Shown: positions 9,964 through 19,005 of the stretch, one piece after another
Position numbering within the stretch: position 1 is the stretch's first letter
Layout of the letters: each line of letters opens with the position of its first letter
Virus record (IMG/VR): IMGVR_UViG_3300022821_000020
Location: 1-62,246 of that record
Length of the DNA stretch: 62,246 nucleotides
Origin: a virus
Taxonomy: Duplodnaviria > Caudoviricetes
Reading direction: 5' to 3' (one strand)
The notes under the pieces: model-generated
Databases searched by the model: none
What the model was told of the DNA's origin: nothing
What the model saw: the letters and a program-made list of their open reading frames with translations, nothing else
Translations under genes and position numbers: made by a program

Positions 9964-10009
9964 AAATCCTACCAAATAGAAGATACCACAAAACTCCGAG
10001 ACCCCTTAG
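9940..10009 (+). repeat. 70-bp direct repeat copy 2
   Basis: identical to 9138-9207; encodes the HNH C-terminus and the NAMPT start. Confidence 0.97.
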
Positions 10010-11549
10010 ATCCGACGCCTATACGGTTTGTGGCTATACTTTTGAAAGTGCTGAGGCAACGGAGCAGTCAAAGTATTATGGAATGTTCCGCAAGTTTCCC
10101 CACCGCCACGAGCCAACTTATAGCCCTGCCGACGAACGTATTGTTTTCGCTGGACTACAGCCGCTCGTAGACCAACTTTTCTACGAACCAATCACACATG
10201 AGGAAATCGACGAAACGGTTGCCTTCCTGAAGGGTCGCAAGGTCAAAAACGATGGAACATTTGCAGACTTTGAGTTTCCCGAGGCGTTGTGGCGGCGGGT
10301 GGTTGATGAAAAGGGGGGCTGGCTCCCTCTTCGAGTTGAGGGCATGCCTGAAGGCTCCGTGGTCTACCCACATGAGCCTTTCCTGCGAGTGACAGCGACC
10401 GAGACAGGGTTCGGGCCTCTTGTTCCTTGGTTTGAGTCGACACTTCTTCACGTGTGGGCTGCAACTGAGCGTCTCACGGCTGCAAGACACTTTTTGAAGC
10501 ATACCTTTGAGTTGATTCGTCGGTATGAGCCTGAAACGGTCTCAGACGAGGAATGCCTGTTTTTTGCCCGTGTAATGATTCACGATTTTGGTGATCGTGC
10601 AGGTGCTTCTCCGATGGAGTCGGAACTTGTAAGCCGAGTGCACAACTACGTTTGGTTTGGCACGGATACTTTCCGAGCAGCTTACCAGAACTGGAAAAAC
10701 GGCGCCCCTGCGGCCTTCGGGTCATCCGTAAAGGCCCTTGCTCACCGTATTGTTCAAGGGTATGCTGAGGAAACGGATTGTTACAATACAATGTACCACT
10801 CAGCAGACGGCAACGAGCTACTTAGCATGGTTGGTGATTGTTATGATTACTGGAGCGCCCTGGAGAAGGACCTTATTCCTCTGGCACTCAAGGCTAAAAA
10901 CAGTGCGACCGATAACGCAAATACCATTGTTGCCCGACCCGATTCTGGTGATTCAGTTGACATGGTTCTTGGAACGCTCCAACGAGCGCATGCCGCTGGC
11001 TTGATGGAGGACCACCTGTGTGCAGATGGTATTACTCGTCATGTAGCAACAAACCTTCGTTACATTGTCGGGAACGGCGAGTCGTTTGATTCGGTTCTTC
11101 AAATCACAAACGCCGCCCTCGATGCTGGGTTCGTGCCTTGGCGTTGTGGAATTTATGGTATTGGTGGACACCTGCGAAACAACATCAACCGAGACCATAT
11201 GAGTACAAAGTTTGCTCTTTGTGCCGTCGGTGAAGACGAACGCCCTGTCATCAAGCTGAGCAACACACCTGGGAAACAAACACTCCCTGATTGCCATGTG
11301 CTCCGAGATGACATCGCTCTTACAACTGGTGTTACACTTGTGACTCCAGGTGAAGTAGGGGTGGATGCTTTGGTCACCTACTATGACGGTTCGCTTGAGG
11401 AACCTTTTGGCTCTGGGTTCACAGATGACTTTTTGACTTGCGAAGCTAGAGTTGTTCGTGAATTCGATGAAATGCCGCTGACTGGCGGGAAGCGTTCTGA
11501 ACTGCTTCAGGGCCAGGTTGAACATCTAATCGAACACTATCGAGGATAA
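9960..11549 (+). CDS. nadV: nicotinamide phosphoribosyltransferase (NAMPT/NadV-like)
   Basis: SDAY, F.GLQ, GWLPLRVEGMPEG, FESTLLHVW, HDFGDR, GTDT, VARPDSGD. Confidence 0.88.
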   Translation: MKILPNRRYHKTPRPLRSDAYTVCGYTFESAEATEQSKYYGMFRKFPHRHEPTYSPADERIVFAGLQPLVDQLFYEPITHEEIDETVAFLKGRKVKNDGTFADFEFPEALWRRVVDEKGGWLPLRVEGMPEGSVVYPHEPFLRVTATETGFGPLVPWFESTLLHVWAATERLTAARHFLKHTFELIRRYEPETVSDEECLFFARVMIHDFGDRAGASPMESELVSRVHNYVWFGTDTFRAAYQNWKNGAPAAFGSSVKALAHRIVQGYAEETDCYNTMYHSADGNELLSMVGDCYDYWSALEKDLIPLALKAKNSATDNANTIVARPDSGDSVDMVLGTLQRAHAAGLMEDHLCADGITRHVATNLRYIVGNGESFDSVLQITNAALDAGFVPWRCGIYGIGGHLRNNINRDHMSTKFALCAVGEDERPVIKLSNTPGKQTLPDCHVLRDDIALTTGVTLVTPGEVGVDALVTYYDGSLEEPFGSGFTDDFLTCEARVVREFDEMPLTGGKRSELLQGQVEHLIEHYRG

Positions 11550-11560
11550 TAAGGTTTCTT

Positions 11561-11821
11561 GTGAAAATCAACATTGAACTAGAATTTGAGCTTACTGATG
11601 TGTGGGTTGATGCGACTAAGGCAGAAATTAGCCAGCACCTATGGGATCTAATAGTCAAAGACCCACATGTTACAGTGCTTAACAAGGTTTGTCAGTCAAT
11701 GGCTGACAAGTACCTTGAAGAAACCATGAGGGAAGCTTTAATTGCGTCTTATCGTGATGATGCGAAGCTCTTGAAGTCGGGTAAAATTCTCTCCATTACC
11801 AAGGAAGACGGATCGGGGTGA
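11561..11821 (+). CDS. hypothetical protein
   Basis: 86-aa ORF inside the NAD gene cluster. Confidence 0.5.
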   Translation: MKINIELEFELTDVWVDATKAEISQHLWDLIVKDPHVTVLNKVCQSMADKYLEETMREALIASYRDDAKLLKSGKILSITKEDGSG

Positions 11822-12351
11822 ATATGGATTTTAATGAAGTTGAAAAAAAGGTAGCAGCCTACAAAGGCAACAAGGTTGCTATTATTGTAACAGGTGGAGG
11901 CCAGGGCATCGCCCAGCTTTCAACTATTCCAGGTGTGAGCAAGGTTTTGCATTCAATTATCATTCCATACTCATACGAGGAGTCGGAGCGCCTCATCGAC
12001 GATGAGCTTGGCAAGGGGACAGGAAAGTCTTATACCGAGAAGGCAGTTTCGGAAAGTTCAGCTGAACTACTCTGTCTTAGTGGACTATATCGGTGGGCAA
12101 ACTGTAAGGTGATTGCTTGTACGGCTGCTACGACCACTAACAGATGGCGACGTGGTGTGAATCAGGCATTTATTGCGACTGGTAGAAACTTAGGAGGTGA
12201 AAAGCCAATTGACCATCACCATCTTAAGTTCAGCAAGCTCTTGGAAGAGGACCACAAAACGCCAGGAGGGTATGCCTCTTGGAAGCGTCGTGACGAAGAT
12301 CGTCAGATCACGGAGTACATTTTAAAACTCATTTTTGGTGAAGGACGATGA
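11818..12351 (+). CDS. CinA C-terminal-like protein
   Basis: VTGGGQG...PGVSKVL...PYS...AVS...A pattern. Confidence 0.65.
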   Translation: MNMDFNEVEKKVAAYKGNKVAIIVTGGGQGIAQLSTIPGVSKVLHSIIIPYSYEESERLIDDELGKGTGKSYTEKAVSESSAELLCLSGLYRWANCKVIACTAATTTNRWRRGVNQAFIATGRNLGGEKPIDHHHLKFSKLLEEDHKTPGGYASWKRRDEDRQITEYILKLIFGEGR

Positions 12352-12974
12352 ATCTCGAACAAGCGTACAAGCGGTTGCTGGTTGATAGCAGTTTCAGTTT
12401 TTTGGTTACAAAAGATGGTGAGCATGTTAGTTGGGCAGACTATCCTGATAAAGTTAACCTCACTGAAGCACAGACTAAGGTATGCACCCACGTAGTTCCT
12501 GGCTCGTTTAACCCTCTTCATTCGGGTCACAAAGCAATTTACGAAGCAAGCCATTGGGCTCCAGAACTGACTTTTTTTGAGATCTCAATCCAGCGAGTCG
12601 ACAAGGATATGGTTTCGTTTGAGGAGTTGGTGGAAAGACTTGAGCAATTCAAGGGATATGCACCTGTTATTGTGGGCCGAGCTGGTAGGTTCATAGAAAA
12701 GATTGGCACGTATTTGGAGCACACCAAGGAATTAGTTTTTCATGTGGGCATAGACACAATTACCCGTATGAGGGATGATTATGCTACAACAGGTATCCAG
12801 GGATTAAATGCTAAATTTGTTGTCCATGATCGTATTGTGGATGGTAGGCTGAAATCTTTGAAGACTGAATTTGGCAGGCGAGTCCCTTTCAATTGTGTGT
12901 CTAGCCCAGTAGTACGATCGCCTGAGAATCTATCGATTTCATCATCTAAGATTCGCAGCGAAGAGAAACACTAG
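12348..12974 (+). CDS. HxGH nucleotidyltransferase (NMN adenylyltransferase-like)
   Basis: PGSFNPLHSGH, VGIDT..R, SISSSKIR. Confidence 0.8.
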   Translation: MNLEQAYKRLLVDSSFSFLVTKDGEHVSWADYPDKVNLTEAQTKVCTHVVPGSFNPLHSGHKAIYEASHWAPELTFFEISIQRVDKDMVSFEELVERLEQFKGYAPVIVGRAGRFIEKIGTYLEHTKELVFHVGIDTITRMRDDYATTGIQGLNAKFVVHDRIVDGRLKSLKTEFGRRVPFNCVSSPVVRSPENLSISSSKIRSEEKH

Positions 12975-13027
12975 TCAATCGGTTAAATTAGTCTTGCTCT
13001 CATGGTACAGTGAACTATGAGGAAAAT

Positions 13028-13216
13028 ATGTTTTACGTTCTTATCATGATCGTTGCTCTAATGAACATCGGTCTTCTCGGCTTTTATGGGGCACACATCT
13101 ATTACACAGAACGACTTTTGAAGATGCGAAAGATTTCTGTGGAGCATGCTCCTACATACATGCTCGAAGATGAATTAAATAAAAGAAAAGCCTTGAGAGC
13201 TTCAGCATACCGCTGA
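13028..13216 (+). CDS. small membrane protein
   Basis: GAGG SD; N-terminal hydrophobic helix. Confidence 0.5.
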   Translation: MFYVLIMIVALMNIGLLGFYGAHIYYTERLLKMRKISVEHAPTYMLEDELNKRKALRASAYR

Positions 13217-13228
13217 CATGGAGAAATA

Positions 13229-14206
13229 ATGATTTATATTGCTATCGTCCTTTTTGTATTGGCCATTTGTGCTTTTATTGTGTCCGCCTTCCTAAAGGAA
13301 GGCGTGGGTTTTGTTCGCTTGGGTGGAGTTGGAGGTATTATCTTGACGCTTGTTTTTGGCGGGCTTTCGTCGGCAGCTACAGTGCAACCTGGGCATGTAG
13401 GGGTGCCGATTCTCTTTGGCTCCGTTCAGGAGTACACCTACGATGAAGGTTTCCACTTTGTTAATCCCTTCGCCATCATTGAGGAGATGTCAATTCAAAC
13501 TGAGACAGTGACAATGGCCAACGAGTCTAGTCTCCATGCAATGTCAAGTGACCAGCTGTCTATGACCTTGGATGTATCTGTATTATACCACCTGAATCCT
13601 GCCGAAGCACCTGGCGTTCGTCGTTTCATGCCGACCTATCGAAGTCGTGTTGTTGAACCATCTGTTCGAACCGCCGTCCGTGAGGCGGTCCGAGAGTTTG
13701 ATGCGGTGGCAGCGGTCTCAACTTCACGTGATGAACTCGGCACAGAAATGATTCGACTAGTTCGTTCACGAATTGCGAATGCATTAGAACAGCGTGAATT
13801 AGAGTCGCTTTCTATTCATATTGACGATGTTCAGCTCCGCAATATTTCGCTTCCACCTGAAATCCGTGAGTCGATCGCACAAGTTCAGAGGCAAAGACAG
13901 CTCGGAAATGAGCGGGAGCAGTCAATCCGTACAGCCAACCAGGAAGCCGAGCGTGCAACTGCTGAGGCCGAGGGCCAGCGTCGTGTGGCAATCATCCAAG
14001 CCCAGCGTGATGCCGAATCTCGTCTAATCCGTGTTCACGCCGAAGCGGAAGCCAACCGAGCCTTGAACGCCTCACTCACGCCACTACTTCTTCGTCTTCG
14101 TGCCATTCAGGCCACACAGGCGATCACGACAAACGAGCATACTAGAACTGTTATTCTGGGCAGCGGCGACTCACAGACACCTCTAATCATGAATTTGGGC
14201 CAGTAG
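13229..14206 (+). CDS. SPFH/prohibitin (band 7) membrane protein
   Basis: two TM helices, VQPGHVGV, EGFHFVNPF, AEAE coiled coil. Confidence 0.92.
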   Translation: MIYIAIVLFVLAICAFIVSAFLKEGVGFVRLGGVGGIILTLVFGGLSSAATVQPGHVGVPILFGSVQEYTYDEGFHFVNPFAIIEEMSIQTETVTMANESSLHAMSSDQLSMTLDVSVLYHLNPAEAPGVRRFMPTYRSRVVEPSVRTAVREAVREFDAVAAVSTSRDELGTEMIRLVRSRIANALEQRELESLSIHIDDVQLRNISLPPEIRESIAQVQRQRQLGNEREQSIRTANQEAERATAEAEGQRRVAIIQAQRDAESRLIRVHAEAEANRALNASLTPLLLRLRAIQATQAITTNEHTRTVILGSGDSQTPLIMNLGQ

Positions 14207-14255
14207 TTGAACTGAATTTCAGGCAACGTACCTTGGGCTGAGGAGTTATTTTTGA

Positions 14256-14495
14256 ATGAGTAAGAAAAAGGGACAGGACGTTGAAGTAGCTGAGAAGCTA
14301 ATCCACGAGAAAGCAGTCAGCGAGAAGGAATTCTGGTATACTGCTCCTGATACAGGTCAGAGGGTTTTGACTGCCTATTTTTTATGTCATCGAGGCTATT
14401 GCTGTCGGTCAAATTGCAGGTGGTGCCCTTATGGGTTTGTGAAAGGTGAAGATTGGAATGGGCGGAACGATAGTGAGAAATGTGAAGAGGAATGA
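14256..14495 (+). CDS. small Cys-rich protein (DUF5522-like)
   Basis: LTAYFL..RGYCC.SNCRWCPY. Confidence 0.7.
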   Translation: MSKKKGQDVEVAEKLIHEKAVSEKEFWYTAPDTGQRVLTAYFLCHRGYCCRSNCRWCPYGFVKGEDWNGRNDSEKCEEE

Positions 14496-14757
14496 AATCT
14501 TCACGGTAAAATTGGATGAGCCTGCGGCAGCTGGGTACCAGTGGCGAATGCTTCCACAGAAAAACTTGGAGATTTGTGGAGTGCGTTCAGAGGTCCAAGA
14601 TGAAGAGGCGGTAGGAGGCAACATCACTAAAGTCTTTTTCATCAAAGCAGAAGAGGTTGGGGAGTACGAGTTGATTTTCAACCTAATTCGGCCATGGGAG
14701 AAAAATAATCCTGTGCAGCATTATCATGAACATATAGATGTTTCGGAGGACAGATGA
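14458..14757 (+). CDS. chagasin-like (I42) cysteine protease inhibitor
   Basis: F.V.L.EPAAAGYQW, VGG, F....G...L.F...RPWE. Confidence 0.7.
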   Translation: MGGTIVRNVKRNEIFTVKLDEPAAAGYQWRMLPQKNLEICGVRSEVQDEEAVGGNITKVFFIKAEEVGEYELIFNLIRPWEKNNPVQHYHEHIDVSEDR

Positions 14758-15026
14758 CATTTCAAATTGAACCAATTTACAAGCAGGTAATCCTGCAAGC
14801 AATCGAAGAAGAAGACAACCACGGTTTTATCGTTCCCGAGCAGCTCAAGAAAAAGCGCCTGGCTGAAGTAATCGCAGTGGGTCCCAAAGTAGAGCAAGTA
14901 TCTGCGGGTGACACAGTCGCCTTCAGACCACAGTTGGTTCAGGAACTAGAGCTTGATGGACAGAAATACCTAGTATCTGAGGAACACACCCTTTTATGCA
15001 TTATCAGGGAAAAGGCTGATGAGTGA
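14754..15026 (+). CDS. groES: co-chaperonin GroES
   Basis: IEP...VIL, GFIVP, AEVIAVGP...VSAGDTV, LDGQKYLV. Confidence 0.85.
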   Translation: MTFQIEPIYKQVILQAIEEEDNHGFIVPEQLKKKRLAEVIAVGPKVEQVSAGDTVAFRPQLVQELELDGQKYLVSEEHTLLCIIREKADE

Positions 15027-15423
15027 AAGTGAAACACAGGATCCTAGAAACTTCTTGAAGAAAGGCGACTTGAAGTACGGTGAAGCATACCGTACAACCA
15101 AGGCATGGACCTGGTCTGACTACGACAAAAAAATGGCGAAAGTGATAGTTCCAGCGGACGAACTTCTCATTTATCGTATTTCCGAATCGGTTCGCAAGGA
15201 TGCTGAACATGTCATGTTTGTTTGGCTTTCACAGAGAATTACAATTTGCCTACTAGCAACTGAAACAGCAATCATATATGTTAGGCATAGGGATTGGGAT
15301 GAACGACACAACAGTCTTGACATTACGGAAAGAGAAGATGATACAGGGAAAATCAAACTCATCCCCAGGGGAACCTTTGGGGAAGATTCAGCAACTGCTA
15401 AAAATGAATCCAGGGATTCGTGA
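15019..15423 (+). CDS. hypothetical protein
   Basis: 134-aa ORF overlapping the groES stop. Confidence 0.55.
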   Translation: MSESETQDPRNFLKKGDLKYGEAYRTTKAWTWSDYDKKMAKVIVPADELLIYRISESVRKDAEHVMFVWLSQRITICLLATETAIIYVRHRDWDERHNSLDITEREDDTGKIKLIPRGTFGEDSATAKNESRDS

Positions 15424-15637
15424 ACATAAAGGTTTCCACGCTTTAGGCTTTGGTATTCCGTCCCCATATACAAACACAGATGATGAGCTAGGCCTTGTCG
15501 TATTTGTCCTCACAGTTGAGGACATTAAACCAATTAAGCAGCTCTTCAGAGAGAGGCTTGGTTCGAGCAGCAGGTGGGGAAGTTACCCGATCTACTATGA
15601 CATAGCTGAAACTCCCAAGGCTCTTAAATGAGCAGAA

Positions 15638-15997
15638 ATGAGTAATAAAATGACAACCAAACGTGAGGGAGTGGTGAGGACATACCAGCACCACAATAAT
15701 AGGCTTGCAACACTTGTTGAGGCTTCGTCCGATACAGACTTTGTGGCAATGAACAAGGAATTTCTTTCCTTCGTTGATCAGTTGAATCTGCACATTGCCT
15801 CCGAAGCTCCGAGTTCCGTCGAGGAACTTTTGGAGCAGACTTGGCTCTTTGGTGAGTCACAGACTGTGGGTGAGGTGCTCCTAGAGACACGCAAGAAATT
15901 CGGCGAAGACATCCAAGTGGTTTCTTTTATGCGGTGGTCTATGGACCCACCTGACCTGTCTAAAGGTGAACAATCAACCTCAGAGATAGAGGAATAG
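15638..15997 (+). CDS. tsf: minimal elongation factor Ts core domain
   Basis: EGVVRTYQH...LVE..SDTDFVA...F, LHIA, LLEQ, TVGE...KFGEDIQV..F.R; N-terminal domain absent. Confidence 0.8.
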   Translation: MSNKMTTKREGVVRTYQHHNNRLATLVEASSDTDFVAMNKEFLSFVDQLNLHIASEAPSSVEELLEQTWLFGESQTVGEVLLETRKKFGEDIQVVSFMRWSMDPPDLSKGEQSTSEIEE

Positions 15998-16000
15998 AAA

Positions 16001-16645
16001 TTGGGTCTGGGCATAGGATTTTCAAGCGGTGATGATGGGTGTATTACCTATTCAACTACAACTACCCCTGCCAGAGATGGCAATCCAAACAAATATCGTT
16101 TTGAGTTGGTGCGTCGTTTAGATTTTCCCAAGGCAGATAGGAAAGTTAGTGTAGTTGAAATCAATTACCCAGATTGTTTCAATTACAAGGGTAACAAGAT
16201 CCTTGTCTACGCTGACAGTGCGATAGAGGGCCTGTTGCGCCACGCTGAACAGATGTTCACCCGAGGTGAGCCCGCCCAGACATATGGCTGGGATCTTGGT
16301 ACCAAATTCGCACCAGACAAATCCCCTCCTTACCCTCCAGCACTTTGGCATCACCCGAAGCCTGGGCCAATTGAAGACCCTTTCTTGAGAGAATACTGGC
16401 TTGCGGCGCCCTTTGTGGAGCGTGCGCAGTCGGTATTCGGATTCCCTGATGTGGAAGCAATACAGAATTGGTTTTGTTATAGTGATCAACTCAAGTGGCT
16501 GTCCGAAAATGGGTTTGGAATTGCCGAGTATCGTAGTAAGATGATTAAGCATGGATTGAGGCAATCAGTGATGCTGGTCAACCAACCTTACGAGTTCCTT
16601 GGTTTCAAACCACTTACGGAATACGTAAGGTTAGTCGATTGCTAG
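16001..16645 (+). CDS. hypothetical phage protein (possibly chimeric)
   Basis: 214-aa ORF. Confidence 0.5.
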   Translation: MGLGIGFSSGDDGCITYSTTTTPARDGNPNKYRFELVRRLDFPKADRKVSVVEINYPDCFNYKGNKILVYADSAIEGLLRHAEQMFTRGEPAQTYGWDLGTKFAPDKSPPYPPALWHHPKPGPIEDPFLREYWLAAPFVERAQSVFGFPDVEAIQNWFCYSDQLKWLSENGFGIAEYRSKMIKHGLRQSVMLVNQPYEFLGFKPLTEYVRLVDC

Positions 16646-16681
16646 AGCGCCCAACAGAGAAGCATATAGGAGAATAGTATT

Positions 16682-16891
16682 ATGGCAAGTGGAAATAAAA
16701 AACGTCACTCGTGTGGTCATCGGAACTTTGGCTTGAGCTGCCATCGATGTGAATTCGCAGACAAGCTTGAGAAGCTTGCAGCAGCCAAGAAAAATCTGGT
16801 GACCTGCAAGAAGTTGCCGAAACCAAAAAGGTGGACAATTGAGGAAATGCTCGCCGAGGTCAAGCGCCTTCGTTCAGAAGGCCGAAGGTAA
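16682..16891 (+). CDS. small zinc-binding protein
   Basis: CGH....CHRC; AGGAG SD. Confidence 0.55.
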   Translation: MASGNKKRHSCGHRNFGLSCHRCEFADKLEKLAAAKKNLVTCKKLPKPKRWTIEEMLAEVKRLRSEGRR

Positions 16892-17057
16892 ACGCTTTTC
16901 GCTAAATAGTTCAAATTCCAAGAAGGTCGTGTTAGGATGTTGATAGACAGTTTGCTCGTCGCTGGAACCATCATTACCGTGCTGGCGCCACTGGGCATTT
17001 TCCTGAACATCTGTTTCGGATCCAGGAATTCTAAAAGTAAGGATTAGGTAACACTAA

Positions 17058-17582
17058 ATGAGCAACGAAAACAAGCCAAAGCCGATTAAGTTCTTTCGGC
17101 TGACCCCACAACTGAAAACTTTCAAGCAGGGTGTGGTTTTGAAGACGAAGCAAGACCTTTATTACACTCTTGAGGAGGATATCGTGGATACAGGAGGTGA
17201 AGATTCCTGGAGTCCCTTTGCAAGTCTTCCTCTTCCAGCCCAGGCCGCACCAGGTGTCGCTAACCCTAGCCTCACAGGGCAAGCGCAAAATGCTCCAGGT
17301 GCACTTCCTGCTGGGGCAGTCCCTGTAGTTCCACACCAAAGTTTCAATCAATCGAGTAATTTCATCCACAAAGAAGCCACAGTGATGTTTGTTGAAGCCG
17401 CACAGTTTCGTGCAGCAGACAACAGGGTCTATGTCCGACTTCAGCTTATTGACGGCGAAAAGATTGTTTGGATAAACCTTCTTCGGGTGCCACAGTCAGT
17501 CTGGGGTTACAAGATTCGCTCAGAGCAAAAAAAGATGATCAAGGATGAGATCAGTAAAATGTTTGACTTGCTCATTGAGTGA
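17058..17582 (+). CDS. hypothetical protein with SH3-like pattern and P/A/G-rich insert
   Basis: ATVMFVE...LQLIDGEKIVWI. Confidence 0.55.
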   Translation: MSNENKPKPIKFFRLTPQLKTFKQGVVLKTKQDLYYTLEEDIVDTGGEDSWSPFASLPLPAQAAPGVANPSLTGQAQNAPGALPAGAVPVVPHQSFNQSSNFIHKEATVMFVEAAQFRAADNRVYVRLQLIDGEKIVWINLLRVPQSVWGYKIRSEQKKMIKDEISKMFDLLIE

Positions 17583-17618
17583 TTTACACAGGCAAGCAAA
17601 ACATACATACTTACAAAC

Positions 17619-17972
17619 ATGACTTATGATTCAAACACAAGTGACCTGGATGCCGAGTTCTTCTCTAACTGGCTGAAAAAGATGGACAAGGATGTGGCGG
17701 CGGCTTTCATCCTCTCGGGTCTCGCACTTGACAAAGAGCGGATATTAGAAGCTTTTGATACTGCGTGCCAGGTGATGCATATAAGGTCGCTTGAAAAGTC
17801 GGCACAACTTCAAAAGGAATTGGGGCTCGACAGTGCAGACCTTATTGGAACCTTAGACCCATCAGGCATTTCTGTTGAAGAGGACACAAGAGAGTTTGTT
17901 AAAAAGATCGACGGTCTAATTGCTTCGGTCCTTGAGTCAGGCAAAAAGAAAAAGTCTGACTTGGACAAGTAA
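17619..17972 (+). CDS. hypothetical protein
   Basis: 117-aa ORF preceded by TTTACA-N17-CATACT. Confidence 0.55.
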   Translation: MTYDSNTSDLDAEFFSNWLKKMDKDVAAAFILSGLALDKERILEAFDTACQVMHIRSLEKSAQLQKELGLDSADLIGTLDPSGISVEEDTREFVKKIDGLIASVLESGKKKKSDLDK

Positions 17973-18283
17973 TAACATGAATAAGCCATACAAGGCCAGA
18001 AACTACAAAGAAGTCCTCGAAACAATTGATGGTGAGGTTTCACGTGCGCTGAAAGACGAAAAAGTTTCTGAATACGAGCGTAAGTTCGTAAAATCAAAAA
18101 TGGAAGCGATGGTAGGGGCCAGCCGATGGCCCGAGCGCTATGGACCAACATGGGCATCGCATATTTTTGATATGAATGCATTGTCTCTTCTGGAGACATG
18201 TAGGGAATGGGCCAAGGAAGGCCACACTCCAGATGTCGACGTTCTTAACAAGATGAGAAAAGACGAGTGATAACGATACTTTT

Positions 18284-18367
18284 GCCCAGGTGATGTAATT
18301 GGCAGGCATGGGAGATTCAAAATTTCCTGCTCGAAAGAGCGTGCGGGTTCGAGTCCCGCTCTGGGTA
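18284..18367 (+). tRNA. tRNA-Leu (CAA), long variable arm, CCA not encoded
   Basis: acceptor GCCCAGG/TCTGGGT, anticodon arm GGAGA-TTCAAAA-TTTCC, variable arm GCTC-GAAA-GAGC, T arm GCGGG-TTCGAGT-CCCGC. Confidence 0.93.
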
Positions 18368-18376
18368 TTTGCTCTT

Positions 18377-18450
18377 GGCTCAGTGCGCTAATCGGCAAAG
18401 CGGTTAGACTTAAAATCTGATGAGTGTCGGTTCGAATCCGACCTGAGCTA
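18377..18450 (+). tRNA. tRNA with TAA anticodon (nominally Leu) and short variable loop, CCA not encoded
   Basis: acceptor GGCTCAG/CTGAGCT, D stem CGCT/AGCG, anticodon arm TTAGA-CTTAAAA-TCTGA, T arm GTCGG-TTCGAAT-CCGAC. Confidence 0.9.
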
Positions 18451-18500
18451 CTGCTATAATCTTAATTCAACCTTCAACACTAGATAATTCCCGTAAGTCA

Positions 18501-18529
18501 TTCAAACCTCAGGCTTCGGGTGCTAAGAT
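18501..18529 (+). promoter_or_regulatory. sigma70-like promoter TTCAAA-N17-TAAGAT
   Basis: matches the recurring intergenic consensus. Confidence 0.6.
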
Positions 18530-18551
18530 TAGTGTATAAGGGAAGTTTTTT

Positions 18552-18770
18552 ATGAAAAAGTTACTAGTACTGATTTTTGGCTCGGTGATGATCGTTGGTT
18601 GTGGAGCATCGCTCCATGAGTCCCGTTGGACCGAAAGTTATTGTGTAGAACATCGTATGACCTATAATCACGCAGCTCTACAATGCCGTGATCATGCTCA
18701 CGAGCCTGACTGCCTGTTTCGGGCAGAATGGCGTGCACACTGCCGTATCAGTTCACGAGCTATGCCGTGA
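18552..18770 (+). CDS. small predicted lipoprotein
   Basis: MKKLLVLIFGSVMIVGC lipobox. Confidence 0.6.
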   Translation: MKKLLVLIFGSVMIVGCGASLHESRWTESYCVEHRMTYNHAALQCRDHAHEPDCLFRAEWRAHCRISSRAMP

Positions 18771-19005
18771 TCAATAGGGAGATAAAGGGCGTAGGCTCTA
18801 GCGTTGTTTTGAAGTCACGCAAGGACTTGATTGAAATGATCGGGCGGCTCCGCTCGCAGATTTCTGAGCTTTGCAGTGATGGAATTCGATGTTTTCCAAC
18901 TCTCGAAGAGATTGAATCTCAATTTGTCCATTGGGATGCGGGCGGCACCTCAGATAGCGAGATTCCCATGCTGCACTTGGGCGACACGACCGAAGTTCTA
19001 GAATA

